DNA of 64,000 nucleotides from Candidatus Omnitrophota bacterium (GTDB lineage Bacteria; Omnitrophota; Gorgyraeia; 2-01-FULL-45-10): contig JAPLME010000004.1 in the NCBI GenBank assembly GCA_026387175.1, positions 447-64,446 of the forward strand, read 5' to 3'. Shown piece by piece: positions 29,474 to 38,088 of the stretch. Both the position numbers and the translations under genes were made by a program. The notes beneath the pieces were generated by a model. That model searched no databases. It was not told the DNA's origin and saw nothing but the letters and a program-made list of their open reading frames with translations. Numbering within the stretch: the first letter of the stretch is position 1; each line of letters opens with the position of its first letter.

Positions 29474-30980
29474 AGAGATATTTATAAATGTTACTCAACA
29501 CGAAAAAAGGATAGCTGTCCTTGAGAATAAGCGTATCGAAGAGTTTTACACGGAGCGTCTCGACGATGTGAACCTCGTAGGAAATATTTATAAGGGCAGG
29601 GTCGAATCCGTATTGCCGGGTATGGGCGCGGCATTTGTCGACATCGGTTTAGAGAAGAACGGTTTTCTGTATGTAACGGATGTAGTGCCCGGCATGGGGA
29701 GCTATGAGAAGCTTCTGGAAGAGGGCGTGGGAGAGGAAGACGTTAAGAAGGCCGAGAGACAGAAGAAACTTCCGCCGATAAACCAGCTGTTGAAAAAAGG
29801 CGACGAGGTGCTTACCCAGATAGTGAAGGAACCCATAAGCACAAAAGGCGCGCGCCTGACGACCCATATAAGCATACCGGGCAGGTTCCTGGTCCTTATG
29901 CCATTCGACAACCATATAGGCCTTTCGAAGCGGATCGAATCGCGGGAAGAGCGCGACAGGATAAGGGCCATCATCGAAAATTTGAAGCTGCCTAAGGATC
30001 TCGGTTTCATCGTGAGGACAGCCGCGCAAGGGGCGAGCGATAAAGATTTCTTCAGGGAGTCCAGGTATCTTATCAATCTCTGGAACAATATAAAGTCTAA
30101 GACAAGAAAGGCGAAAGCTCCCGCCCTCATACATCCCGAATATGACCTGATATTGAGAGTTGCCAGGGACATATTTACAAGCGATGTGGGCAGGCTGGAG
30201 GTGGATTCAAAAGACGATTTCAGAAGGATCTCGCGCTTTTTAAATATACTGGCGCCTCACTTAAAGTCCAGGTTGAAGCTTTATCAGGACAAGGAGCCTA
30301 TATTCGAGAAGTTCGAGATAGAGAAACAGATCGAGAAGATATACGATAGGATCGTGCAATTAAAGAGCGGCGGCTATCTCATATTCGAGCAGACGGAGAG
30401 CCTTGTCGCGATAGATGTTAACTCGGGTAAATTCATCGGCAGGAAGAACCTGGAAGACACGGCATTCAAGACCAATATAGAGGCTGCGGAGGAGGTGCCA
30501 CGGCAGTTGAAGCTGAGGGACCTCGGAGGCATAATAATAATCGATTTCATAGATATGGATTATGCCGACCACAGAAAGTCAGTATTCAAGACGCTTGAAA
30601 GGCGCCTTGAGGATGATAAGGCCAAGACGAATATTCTGAACATTTCAAGCATAGGGCTTGTTGAGATGACGCGCCAGAGGGTGCGCGAGTCGATCGAGTC
30701 GAAGAGCTATCAGAAATGCCCGTATTGCAACGGCCGCGGCATCGTGAAGTCGATATCGACTATATCTATCGAGCTCATCAGGAAACTCGAGTATGTGCTG
30801 CAGAATACAAGGTCGAGGGAGCTGTTCGTTTCGATGCATCCGGAAGTGGCATATTATGTCTCAAGCCCTGAAAAAAATATGGTAAAATCACTAGAAAGGC
30901 GCTTCAGGAAGAGTATAAGGATAATAGAAGACCCCAATATCCATATCGAAGAGATAAAGATAGAGCAACGGAACGCTTGA
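29466..30980 (+). CDS. rng: Ribonuclease G/E family endoribonuclease
   Basis: S1 domain NIYKGRVESVLPGMGAAFVDIG, DNase I-like and Zn-link CPYCNGRG motifs. About 500 aa, so RNase G-like rather than Rne. Confidence 0.9.
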   Translation: MHKEIFINVTQHEKRIAVLENKRIEEFYTERLDDVNLVGNIYKGRVESVLPGMGAAFVDIGLEKNGFLYVTDVVPGMGSYEKLLEEGVGEEDVKKAERQKKLPPINQLLKKGDEVLTQIVKEPISTKGARLTTHISIPGRFLVLMPFDNHIGLSKRIESREERDRIRAIIENLKLPKDLGFIVRTAAQGASDKDFFRESRYLINLWNNIKSKTRKAKAPALIHPEYDLILRVARDIFTSDVGRLEVDSKDDFRRISRFLNILAPHLKSRLKLYQDKEPIFEKFEIEKQIEKIYDRIVQLKSGGYLIFEQTESLVAIDVNSGKFIGRKNLEDTAFKTNIEAAEEVPRQLKLRDLGGIIIIDFIDMDYADHRKSVFKTLERRLEDDKAKTNILNISSIGLVEMTRQRVRESIESKSYQKCPYCNGRGIVKSISTISIELIRKLEYVLQNTRSRELFVSMHPEVAYYVSSPEKNMVKSLERRFRKSIRIIEDPNIHIEEIKIEQRNA

Positions 30981-31055
30981 CCGATGCTTGATATTATGCT
31001 ATATTATCCGGTCTGTAACCCTTATAATCAACTACAAAAGATCCGGAGGTATTAA

Positions 31056-31382
31056 ATGTTCGCTGTAATCAGTGCTGGCGGTAAGCAGTATAAAGTAACG
31101 AAGAATGACGTTTTCTCCGTGGAGAGAATGGATGTGAAGGCCGGCGAAGAGATCAAACTTGATAAGGTGCTTCTGTCCAAAGAGGGGAACTCCACTCATA
31201 TAGGCAATCCTTATCTTAAGGGTTCGCATGTGGTATGCGAGGTCCTGCGCCAGGAGAGAGAAGCCAAGGTAATAGCTTATAAATATAAGAAACGAAAGAG
31301 CGAGAAGAAGAAGATAGGCCACAGGCGCGATGTCACAGTGCTCAAAGTGAAAGAAATCGAGATAGCGAAAGGCGACAAATAA
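31056..31382 (+). CDS. rplU: 50S ribosomal protein L21
   Basis: [14 protein letters not shown] canonical start. rplU-rpmA-obg synteny. Confidence 0.95.
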   Translation: MFAVISAGGKQYKVTKNDVFSVERMDVKAGEEIKLDKVLLSKEGNSTHIGNPYLKGSHVVCEVLRQEREAKVIAYKYKKRKSEKKKIGHRRDVTVLKVKEIEIAKGDK

Positions 31383-31612
31383 TGGCACACATGGTAAATG
31401 GCCGCGACGGTCAACCTAAGACCCGAAGCGTAAAAAAATATAAAGGCGAGGTCGTTAAGGCCGGTAATATAATCGTAAGGCAGAAGGGCCGGCGTTTCAG
31501 GCCCGGAGCCAATGTAGGGATAGGCAGGGACGATACGCTCTTCGCGCTGGTTTCCGGCGTGGTGAATTTCAAGCCCAATAAAGTAGTAAGCGTAATTCCT
31601 AACGAGAAATAA
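31382..31612 (+). CDS. rpmA: 50S ribosomal protein L27
   Basis: [13 protein letters not shown]... 76 aa, conserved L27 family sequence. Confidence 0.93.
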   Translation: MAHMVNGRDGQPKTRSVKKYKGEVVKAGNIIVRQKGRRFRPGANVGIGRDDTLFALVSGVVNFKPNKVVSVIPNEK

Positions 31613-32598
31613 TGTTCATAGATGAGGCTAGGATATATGTCAAGGCCGGTAACGGCGGTGACGGCTGCAGCAGCCTCTATAAGGATATATTCAATAGAAT
31701 AGGCAAACCCGACGGCGGCTTCGGCGGAGCAGGCGGGGACGTCGTCTTCGTCGTAGATCAGAATGTCCAGACCCTTCTGGACTTTCAATACAGGCAGCAT
31801 CACGAAGCGGAGCGCGGATACCACGGCAGCTCTAACCACAAAAAAGGCGCGCGGGGCAAGGACCTCATAATAAAAGTTCCTCCGGGCACCCTCATCAAGG
31901 ACTCCGACAGCGGCCTCGTCATACGCGATCTCACAATTATAGGCGATAAAGTAATAGTGGCAAAAGGCGGCGCCGGCGGCAGGGGAAATTCCCGTAACCA
32001 CGATGCGACAAAGGGAATTCCGGGTGAGGCCAAGACCGTGCTGCTCGAATTGAAGCTGATAGCGGATGCCGGGATAATAGGTTACCCCAATGCCGGAAAA
32101 TCCACGCTTATCTCCAGGATATCGAGCGCGCATCCCAAGATAGCAGGTTACCCGTTCACGACCAAGGAGCCCGTCCTGGGTGTGGTCAAGATCCATGAAG
32201 GGACCTCTTTCGTGGTCGCCGAGATACCCGGACTGATAGAGGGCGCGCATGAAGGCAGGGGCTTGGGTGACAAATTCCTCAGGCATATCGAGAGGACCAG
32301 GATCCTTATACATATGGTCGATATTTCGGCCTTCGAAGGCCGGGATCCTGTGCAGGATTACAGGAAATTAAATTACGAACTCAAGTCTTACAGTAAAGAG
32401 CTTTCGAAGAAGTTTCAGTTCATAGCATTGAACAAGATAGACAATCCCGATGCTGAGATTCATTTAAAGAAGTTCAGGAAGGCTTATCCGAAAAAGAAAG
32501 TTTACCCGATATCCGCGATCACGGGAAAAGGGGTGAAGGAGCTTCTGGGAGCTGCATATAAAAAAGCGATGAGCGTGAAGTGCGCCGCGAAAGAATAA
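31612..32598 (+). CDS. obg: GTPase Obg/CgtA
   Basis: Obg fold N-terminal glycine-rich domain (GGDGCSS, GGFGGAGGDV). G motifs GYPNAGKST, DIPGLIEGA, NKID. Confidence 0.93.
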   Translation: MFIDEARIYVKAGNGGDGCSSLYKDIFNRIGKPDGGFGGAGGDVVFVVDQNVQTLLDFQYRQHHEAERGYHGSSNHKKGARGKDLIIKVPPGTLIKDSDSGLVIRDLTIIGDKVIVAKGGAGGRGNSRNHDATKGIPGEAKTVLLELKLIADAGIIGYPNAGKSTLISRISSAHPKIAGYPFTTKEPVLGVVKIHEGTSFVVAEIPGLIEGAHEGRGLGDKFLRHIERTRILIHMVDISAFEGRDPVQDYRKLNYELKSYSKELSKKFQFIALNKIDNPDAEIHLKKFRKAYPKKKVYPISAITGKGVKELLGAAYKKAMSVKCAAKE

Positions 32599-32602
32599 GA
32601 CG

Positions 32603-33682
32603 ATGAGAATAGTAATAAAGATAGGGACCAAGGTCATAACGTCCAAGGACAGGGCTCTCGATAAAGAGCGCGTAAAGGATATGGTGTCTCAGATATCCGC
32701 TATACGTAAAAAAGGTATAGACGTGCTTATAGTGACGAGCGGCGCGATAGGTGCGGGAATGTGGCTCCTCGGTATCAAGAAGAGGCCGGCCGATCTTTCG
32801 GAACTGCAGGCCGTAGCCGCGATAGGGCAGAATTATCTGATGAAACTCTACGGTGAATATTTCAAGGCGCACGGTTCCCTCACAGGCCAGATACTGCTGA
32901 CGCAGGACGATTTCAATGACAGGAAAAGATATCTCAATATCAAACATACTATAGGCGCGCTTTTGAAATACAACGCGGTACCGATAATAAACGAGAACGA
33001 TACAGTAGCCACCGAAGAGATAAAATGCGGCGACAATGATCGTTTATCAAGCCTTGTAGCGGATATCGCAGGGTGCGATAAACTCATCCTTCTTACCGAC
33101 GTGGATGGCCTATTGGACGAGCATGGCTCTGTCATAGGCATGGTCGGCGAGGTGAATCAGAAGATACTGAAACTTGGCGGAAGGAGCGTTTGCGACCTGG
33201 GGACGGGCGGGATGGCGACTAAGCTTCAGTCCGCCAGGGCTGCCCAAAAAGCCGGCATCGAATGCATCATAGCTAACGGTAAGGCCAAGGACATACTTTC
33301 CAGGTTAGTTCTGGATGGTGATAGAGTCGGCACCAGGATCCTCAGCGCAAATAAAAAGTTCGACGCTAAGAAGCGCTGGATAGCTTACTCATCCATGTCC
33401 AGGGGGGCGATCAGGATCGATGACGGCGCCAGGACGGCGCTTATTCATCGCAATAAGAGTTTGCTGGCCTCCGGCATAGTCGAAGTCAGCGGCGATTTTG
33501 TGTCGGGCGACGTTATCAGCATATCGGATAAGGATGGGCATGAGTTCGCGAAGGGTCTTTCTAATTATTCGGCCGATGAGGTGGAGAAACTGAAAGGATT
33601 GAAATCCGTCGATTTCAAAAACGTGCTGGGATATAAAGCTAAGGACGAGATCGTCCATAAAGACAATCTGGTGATACTATGA
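32603..33682 (+). CDS. proB: Glutamate 5-kinase with a C-terminal PUA domain
   Basis: Amino-acid kinase fold VIKIGTKVIT, PUA domain at the C-terminus, proB-proA operon. Confidence 0.92.
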   Translation: MRIVIKIGTKVITSKDRALDKERVKDMVSQISAIRKKGIDVLIVTSGAIGAGMWLLGIKKRPADLSELQAVAAIGQNYLMKLYGEYFKAHGSLTGQILLTQDDFNDRKRYLNIKHTIGALLKYNAVPIINENDTVATEEIKCGDNDRLSSLVADIAGCDKLILLTDVDGLLDEHGSVIGMVGEVNQKILKLGGRSVCDLGTGGMATKLQSARAAQKAGIECIIANGKAKDILSRLVLDGDRVGTRILSANKKFDAKKRWIAYSSMSRGAIRIDDGARTALIHRNKSLLASGIVEVSGDFVSGDVISISDKDGHEFAKGLSNYSADEVEKLKGLKSVDFKNVLGYKAKDEIVHKDNLVIL

Positions 33683-34935
33683 TGTCCGCATATAATATAA
33701 AAAAAATATGCAGCGAAGTGAAGTCCGCATCGAGAGAGCTTGCTGTTACCGGTACGGAGGCCAAGAATAAGGCCCTCATCGCGATGAGTAAGGCCCTGAC
33801 GATAAGAGCTCCCTATATCATCAGGGAAAACAAAAAAGATCTTTCAACAGCCGTGCGAAAAGGGTTGTCGCCGGCGCTTATAGACCGGCTGCGGCTCACC
33901 GAATCAAGGATAGCCGGCATGGCGAAATCCCTGTCCGCGATCGCCCGGCTGAAAGACCCCATCGGCGAGGTCACCGAGACCAGGGGAAGGCCCAATGGTT
34001 TACTGATAAAAAAGATCAGGGTTCCTATTGGCGTGATACTGATAATCTACGAGGCGCGGCCCAACGTCACGAGCGACTGTATAGGGCTCTGTCTTAAATC
34101 TTCCAATGCTGTTATCTTGCGGGGCGGAAGCGAGGCGGTTAATTCCAATATAGCGATATTCAATGTCCTGAACGAAGTCGCGGTAGATGCCGGGTTACCG
34201 GACCATTCGATCGCGATAATTAAAGACACCGACAGGCGGGTCGTGGACGAGCTTCTTATACAAGAGGGCCTTATAGACCTTGTTATACCCAGAGGCGGCG
34301 AATCGCTTATACGCGAGGTCACCAGGAAGTCGAGGATACCCGTTATAAAACATTATAAGGGTGTCTGCCATACCTATGTCGATTCCGACGCGGACCTGAA
34401 GATGGCGGAAGATATCTGTTTTAATGCGAAAGTTCAGAGGCCCGGCGTATGCAACGCGATGGAGACGATGCTGGTCCACAGAAAAGTGGCGAAGAAGTTC
34501 CTTTTGCCTATGATAAAGCGTTTTATTGCCGCGGGCGTTGAGATCAGGGGATGTCCCGAGACGCGCCGCATTGTTCCTGGCTTAAAGAGAGCGGCGGAGA
34601 AGGACTGGTACACCGAGTATCTGGACCTTGTTTTATCCGTGAAGGTGGTGAAGGATGTCGATGAGGCTATCGCGCATATAATGAAATACGGCTCATACCA
34701 CTCGGACGCGATAGTGACTGAAAACAAGAAAAACGCCGGGAAATTCTTAAGCGAGGTCGATTCCGCATGTGTCTATCTGAACGCTTCGACAAGATTTACC
34801 GACGGCGGAGAGTTCGGCAAGGGCGCCGAGATGGGCATATCCACGGATAAGCTGCATGCGCGCGGCCCCATGGGCCTCGAGGAGCTGGCCTCATATAAGT
34901 ACGTGGTCTTCGGCACGGGACAGATCAGAAAATAG
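33679..34935 (+). CDS. proA: Gamma-glutamyl phosphate reductase
   Basis: Aldehyde dehydrogenase superfamily with catalytic Cys in NASTRFTDGGEFG context. Overlaps proB by 4 nt. Confidence 0.92.
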   Translation: MMSAYNIKKICSEVKSASRELAVTGTEAKNKALIAMSKALTIRAPYIIRENKKDLSTAVRKGLSPALIDRLRLTESRIAGMAKSLSAIARLKDPIGEVTETRGRPNGLLIKKIRVPIGVILIIYEARPNVTSDCIGLCLKSSNAVILRGGSEAVNSNIAIFNVLNEVAVDAGLPDHSIAIIKDTDRRVVDELLIQEGLIDLVIPRGGESLIREVTRKSRIPVIKHYKGVCHTYVDSDADLKMAEDICFNAKVQRPGVCNAMETMLVHRKVAKKFLLPMIKRFIAAGVEIRGCPETRRIVPGLKRAAEKDWYTEYLDLVLSVKVVKDVDEAIAHIMKYGSYHSDAIVTENKKNAGKFLSEVDSACVYLNASTRFTDGGEFGKGAEMGISTDKLHARGPMGLEELASYKYVVFGTGQIRK

Positions 34936-35038
34936 GCCGATGCCAGAGACATCGGCACTTAGCCTGCAATACGGCTGAATAAACTAGGCCGATATCAGAG
35001 ATATCGGCACTTAGCCTACAATGCGGCTGAATAAACTA
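34935..35038 (+). repeat. Tandem direct repeat, 2 x 52 bp, each unit containing a stem-loop
   Basis: Unit 1 ggccgatgccagagacatcggcacttagcctgcaatacggctgaataaacta and unit 2 ggccgatatcagagatatcggcacttagcctacaatgcggctgaataaacta. Differences in the hairpin stem are compensatory (gccgatg/catcggc versus gccgatat/atatcggc). Confidence 0.8.
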
Positions 35039-35049
35039 GGAGTTTAGGC

Positions 35050-35622
35050 ATGATGAGAATCGGGATACTCGGAGGGACATTTAATCCGATCCATATAGGG
35101 CATCTTATACTGGCTGATGAAGCTCTCTCAAAGTTAAAGCTGGATAAGGTGGTCTTCGTCCCGTCGTATATGCCGCCCCACAAGAGTGTCGAAACCGGCA
35201 TTAAGCCTCAGGACCGCCTCAAGATGGTCGAACTTGCGATAGGGGATAATCCGTCTTTCGAGGTCTCGAATTTTGAAATAGGCCGGAAGAAGACATCATA
35301 TTCCATTGATACCCTGAAAGAGTTTCGCGCCAAACATGGCGACGACGTCCAGCTATATTTCATAACGGGCTCGGACCTTCTAAAGGACCTGTTCTCATGG
35401 AAGAGCGTTAACGATATATTCAAGATATCTAAATTCATAGTCGCCAACCGCCCGGGATATCCCGTGAAGGATGTTCCTAAAGAGGTGGAGACCGTAGTGA
35501 TAACGCCCATCGAGGTGTCGTCCGAGGATATACGGAGGCGCCTCAAGGCCGGAAAGTCCATAAGATACCTTGTGCCGGAAAAGGTGCGCAGTTATATCAT
35601 TGAGCGGGGGTTGTATAAATAA
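35050..35622 (+). CDS. nadD: Nicotinate-nucleotide adenylyltransferase
   Basis: GILGGTFNPIHIGHL (HxGH motif), ISSTxIR-like C-terminal SSEDIRRR. Confidence 0.9.
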   Translation: MMRIGILGGTFNPIHIGHLILADEALSKLKLDKVVFVPSYMPPHKSVETGIKPQDRLKMVELAIGDNPSFEVSNFEIGRKKTSYSIDTLKEFRAKHGDDVQLYFITGSDLLKDLFSWKSVNDIFKISKFIVANRPGYPVKDVPKEVETVVITPIEVSSEDIRRRLKAGKSIRYLVPEKVRSYIIERGLYK

Positions 35623-35635
35623 GTAGCAGTTTCCC

Positions 35636-35664
35636 TTGACGATAGCGGCGTTTAAGGTTATAAT
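35636..35664 (+). promoter_or_regulatory. Sigma70-like promoter (-35 ttgacg, 17 nt, -10 tataat) for the small zinc-ribbon gene
   Basis: Read directly from the sequence. About 45 nt upstream of ATG 35713. Confidence 0.5.
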
Positions 35665-35712
35665 TGAATAAAATTTAAGTATCAAGCTCAATTTTTAAGG
35701 GGGTGATATCAG

Positions 35713-35856
35713 ATGGCCGAGATAGGATATTGCGTAAAGTGTAAATCCAAGAAAGAGATGAAAGATACTCAACAAGTCACGATGAAGAATAAGAGAACAG
35801 CGATGAAGGGGAAGTGCACGACTTGTAATACCGGAATGTATAAGATAATGAAGTAA
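35713..35856 (+). CDS. 47-aa zinc-ribbon protein (MAEIGYCVKCKSKKEMKDTQQVTMKNKRTAMKGKCTTCNTGMYKIMK). It is absent from the ORF track because it is shorter than 60 aa.
   Basis: Own promoter, in-frame stop, two CxxC pairs 25 residues apart, lysine-rich. Followed by a strong terminator. Confidence 0.55.
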   Translation: MAEIGYCVKCKSKKEMKDTQQVTMKNKRTAMKGKCTTCNTGMYKIMK

Positions 35857-35863
35857 TGCCACG

Positions 35864-35916
35864 ATTACACAGATTAGAAGTAAGCTTTGCAGCTAGCTGA
35901 TCTGTGTAATCTTTTT
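35864..35916 (+). terminator. Rho-independent terminator (12-bp stem gattacacagat/atctgtgtaatc, then ttttt)
   Basis: Perfect 12-bp inverted repeat followed by a T5 run. It overlaps the first 30 nt of the ORF-track rsfS call, which argues for a downstream start. Confidence 0.75.
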
Positions 35917-35967
35917 ATGGGCCAAAAAAGGAGCATAGCGATCGACTCTAAACGTAAAGCGTTAATT

Positions 35968-36399
35968 ATGGCTGAAGCTGCTTCGGATAAAAAAGGCATC
36001 GATATAATCACTATAAAGATGAGGAAGGTGTCAGGTATATGCGATTATTTCGTGATAGCCACCGGTACTTCCACTACACATGTTCGCGCGATCTCCGATA
36101 ACATTATCAAGCAGTTAAGGGAGAAAGGCGCTAAACTCAGGCATATAGAGGGCGAGAGAGAAGCTTCGTGGATACTGGCGGACTTCGGCGACGTGGTCGG
36201 CCATATATTCCTGAAAGATACGCGTAAGTTCTACGATCTCGAGAAGCTTTGGGCCAAGGCTCCCCAAACCAGGTTCGAGGAACCGGAGCCCTCGAAGCGA
36301 AAACCCCTAAAAAAAGTAGTAAAGAAAGCCGTAAAGAAACCCGTGCGTAAAGCCGCGAAGAAGCCCAGGAAAAAGGCCCGAAAGAAGAACAAAAAATAG
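35968..36399 (+). CDS. rsfS: Ribosome silencing factor RsfS (Iojap family) with a ~45-aa lysine-rich C-terminal extension
   Basis: Core DKKGIDIITIKM...CDYFVIATGTSTTHVRAISDNI matches RsfS. The tail PLKKVVKKAVKKPVRKAAKKPRKKARKKNKK is histone H1-like. The true start is uncertain (35917 or 35968) and neither has a good SD. Confidence 0.8.
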   Translation: MAEAASDKKGIDIITIKMRKVSGICDYFVIATGTSTTHVRAISDNIIKQLREKGAKLRHIEGEREASWILADFGDVVGHIFLKDTRKFYDLEKLWAKAPQTRFEEPEPSKRKPLKKVVKKAVKKPVRKAAKKPRKKARKKNKK

Positions 36400-36403
36400 A
36401 TCA

Positions 36404-38086
36404 ATGCATTATGGCGAGATTGAAAAAAATATAACGTTGGTTTTAGAGAGCTCTCTTCAATCGGTGCTCTCGCGCCTCAGTGTCCAGCCCCCGTCACCCC
36501 AGGAAATAAAGATCGAATTAGAGATACCTAAAGAGAGGTCCCATGGCGACCTCTCTTCAAATATCGCCTTAAGGATCTCCAAGCTTGCCTCAAAACCGCC
36601 GGTTGAATTCGCGAATCTGTTAAAGGCAAAACTCGAAGAGTCTATCCCGTCATCGCCTTTAAAAGGCGCTATCGACCGGGTCGAGGTGAAGGGGCCCGGT
36701 TTTATAAACTTTTTTGTCAGCAAGGATTTTTTATCGGGTATTCTGCTGGAGATCCTGAAAGAAGATAGTAATTTCGGCAGTTCGAATATCGCCGGGCCCG
36801 TAAAGATGCAGATAGAGTTTGTCAGCGCGAACCCGACGGGCCCGCTTACGATAGCGCATGCCAGGCAGGCCGCGTTAGGCGACAGCCTTGCGAACATTAT
36901 GACCTTCCTCGGATACGATGTGACCAGGGAATATTATCTTAACGATGAAGGCAATCAGATGAATATGCTCGGGCTCTCCATACGCTCGCGATACCTGAGC
37001 CTCTGCGGAGTCGATGAACCGCTGCCCGATGACGGCTATAAAGGGTCTTATGTGATCGATATAGCGAAAGATTTCATGAAGGAACACGGAAAAGATCACG
37101 TAAAGACGAAAGAGACAGATATATTCAGGGAGTTCGGACTCCAGTGGATACTGGAGGGTATAAAGAAGGACCTTGACGATTTCGGCGTAAAGTTCGATGT
37201 CTGGTACAGCCAGAAGTCCCTGAGGGAATCCGGAAAAGTTGAGAAAGCTATCGACACCCTTAGGGGTAAGGGCTTCATATATGAAAGCGAAGGGGCGGTA
37301 TGGTTTAAGTCGACTCTTTTCGGCGACGATAAAGACAGGGTTATATATAAATCCGATGGAAGCGCTACTTACCTTACACCCGATATAGCGTATCACCTGG
37401 AAAAGTTCAACAGGGGATTCAAAAAGTTGATCGATATATGGGGCCCGGACCATCATGGCTATATCCCCAGGATCAAGGCCGCCATAAAGGCTCTGGGATA
37501 CCCCGAAGACTCTCTTTCGGTGCTGATAGTGCAGCTCGCCACTTTGTACAGGAACGGCCAGGTGGCCTCTATGTCGACGAGGGCCGGGGAATTCGTGACC
37601 CTAAGAGAGGTCATGGACGAGGTCGGTAAGGACGTCTCCAGGTTCTGTTTCATAATGAGGAGGATGTCGAGCCATCTGGAGTTCGACCTGGACGTGGTCA
37701 AGAAGGAATCCGCGGAGAACCCCGTCTATTACATCCAGTACGCGCACGCGCGCATCTGGTCGATACTGGAGTATGGCAAAGGCGCCGACATATCCGCCGA
37801 ATTCGATCCGGGCCTGCTGAAGTCTCCGGAAGAGATAGAGATCATGCGCATGCTCAGACAATTCCCCTTGATAGTGGTATCGAGCGCCAGGACCCTTGAG
37901 CCCTATGTGGTCCTGCAGTATCTTCAGGACCTGGCAGGATCGTTCCATTCTTTTTATAATAAACACAGGGTTGTGAGTGACGACCCGCGCCTGACGAAGT
38001 CCAGGGTAGTGCTGGTCGATTGCGTCAGGGTAGTGCTCGCCAACGGTTTACGTTTATTGGGAGTTTCGCTTCCCAAGAAGATGTAA
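36404..38086 (+). CDS. argS: Arginine--tRNA ligase
   Basis: Class I HIGH (ANPTGPLTIAHAR) and KMSK-like (MSTRAG) motifs. DALR anticodon-binding domain at the C-terminus. Confidence 0.93.
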   Translation: MHYGEIEKNITLVLESSLQSVLSRLSVQPPSPQEIKIELEIPKERSHGDLSSNIALRISKLASKPPVEFANLLKAKLEESIPSSPLKGAIDRVEVKGPGFINFFVSKDFLSGILLEILKEDSNFGSSNIAGPVKMQIEFVSANPTGPLTIAHARQAALGDSLANIMTFLGYDVTREYYLNDEGNQMNMLGLSIRSRYLSLCGVDEPLPDDGYKGSYVIDIAKDFMKEHGKDHVKTKETDIFREFGLQWILEGIKKDLDDFGVKFDVWYSQKSLRESGKVEKAIDTLRGKGFIYESEGAVWFKSTLFGDDKDRVIYKSDGSATYLTPDIAYHLEKFNRGFKKLIDIWGPDHHGYIPRIKAAIKALGYPEDSLSVLIVQLATLYRNGQVASMSTRAGEFVTLREVMDEVGKDVSRFCFIMRRMSSHLEFDLDVVKKESAENPVYYIQYAHARIWSILEYGKGADISAEFDPGLLKSPEEIEIMRMLRQFPLIVVSSARTLEPYVVLQYLQDLAGSFHSFYNKHRVVSDDPRLTKSRVVLVDCVRVVLANGLRLLGVSLPKKM

Positions 38087-38088
38087 CA

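Noticed and set aside
34935-35038. CRISPR array
   Set aside because: There are only two repeat copies. They are directly adjacent with no spacers, and there are no cas genes in the window.
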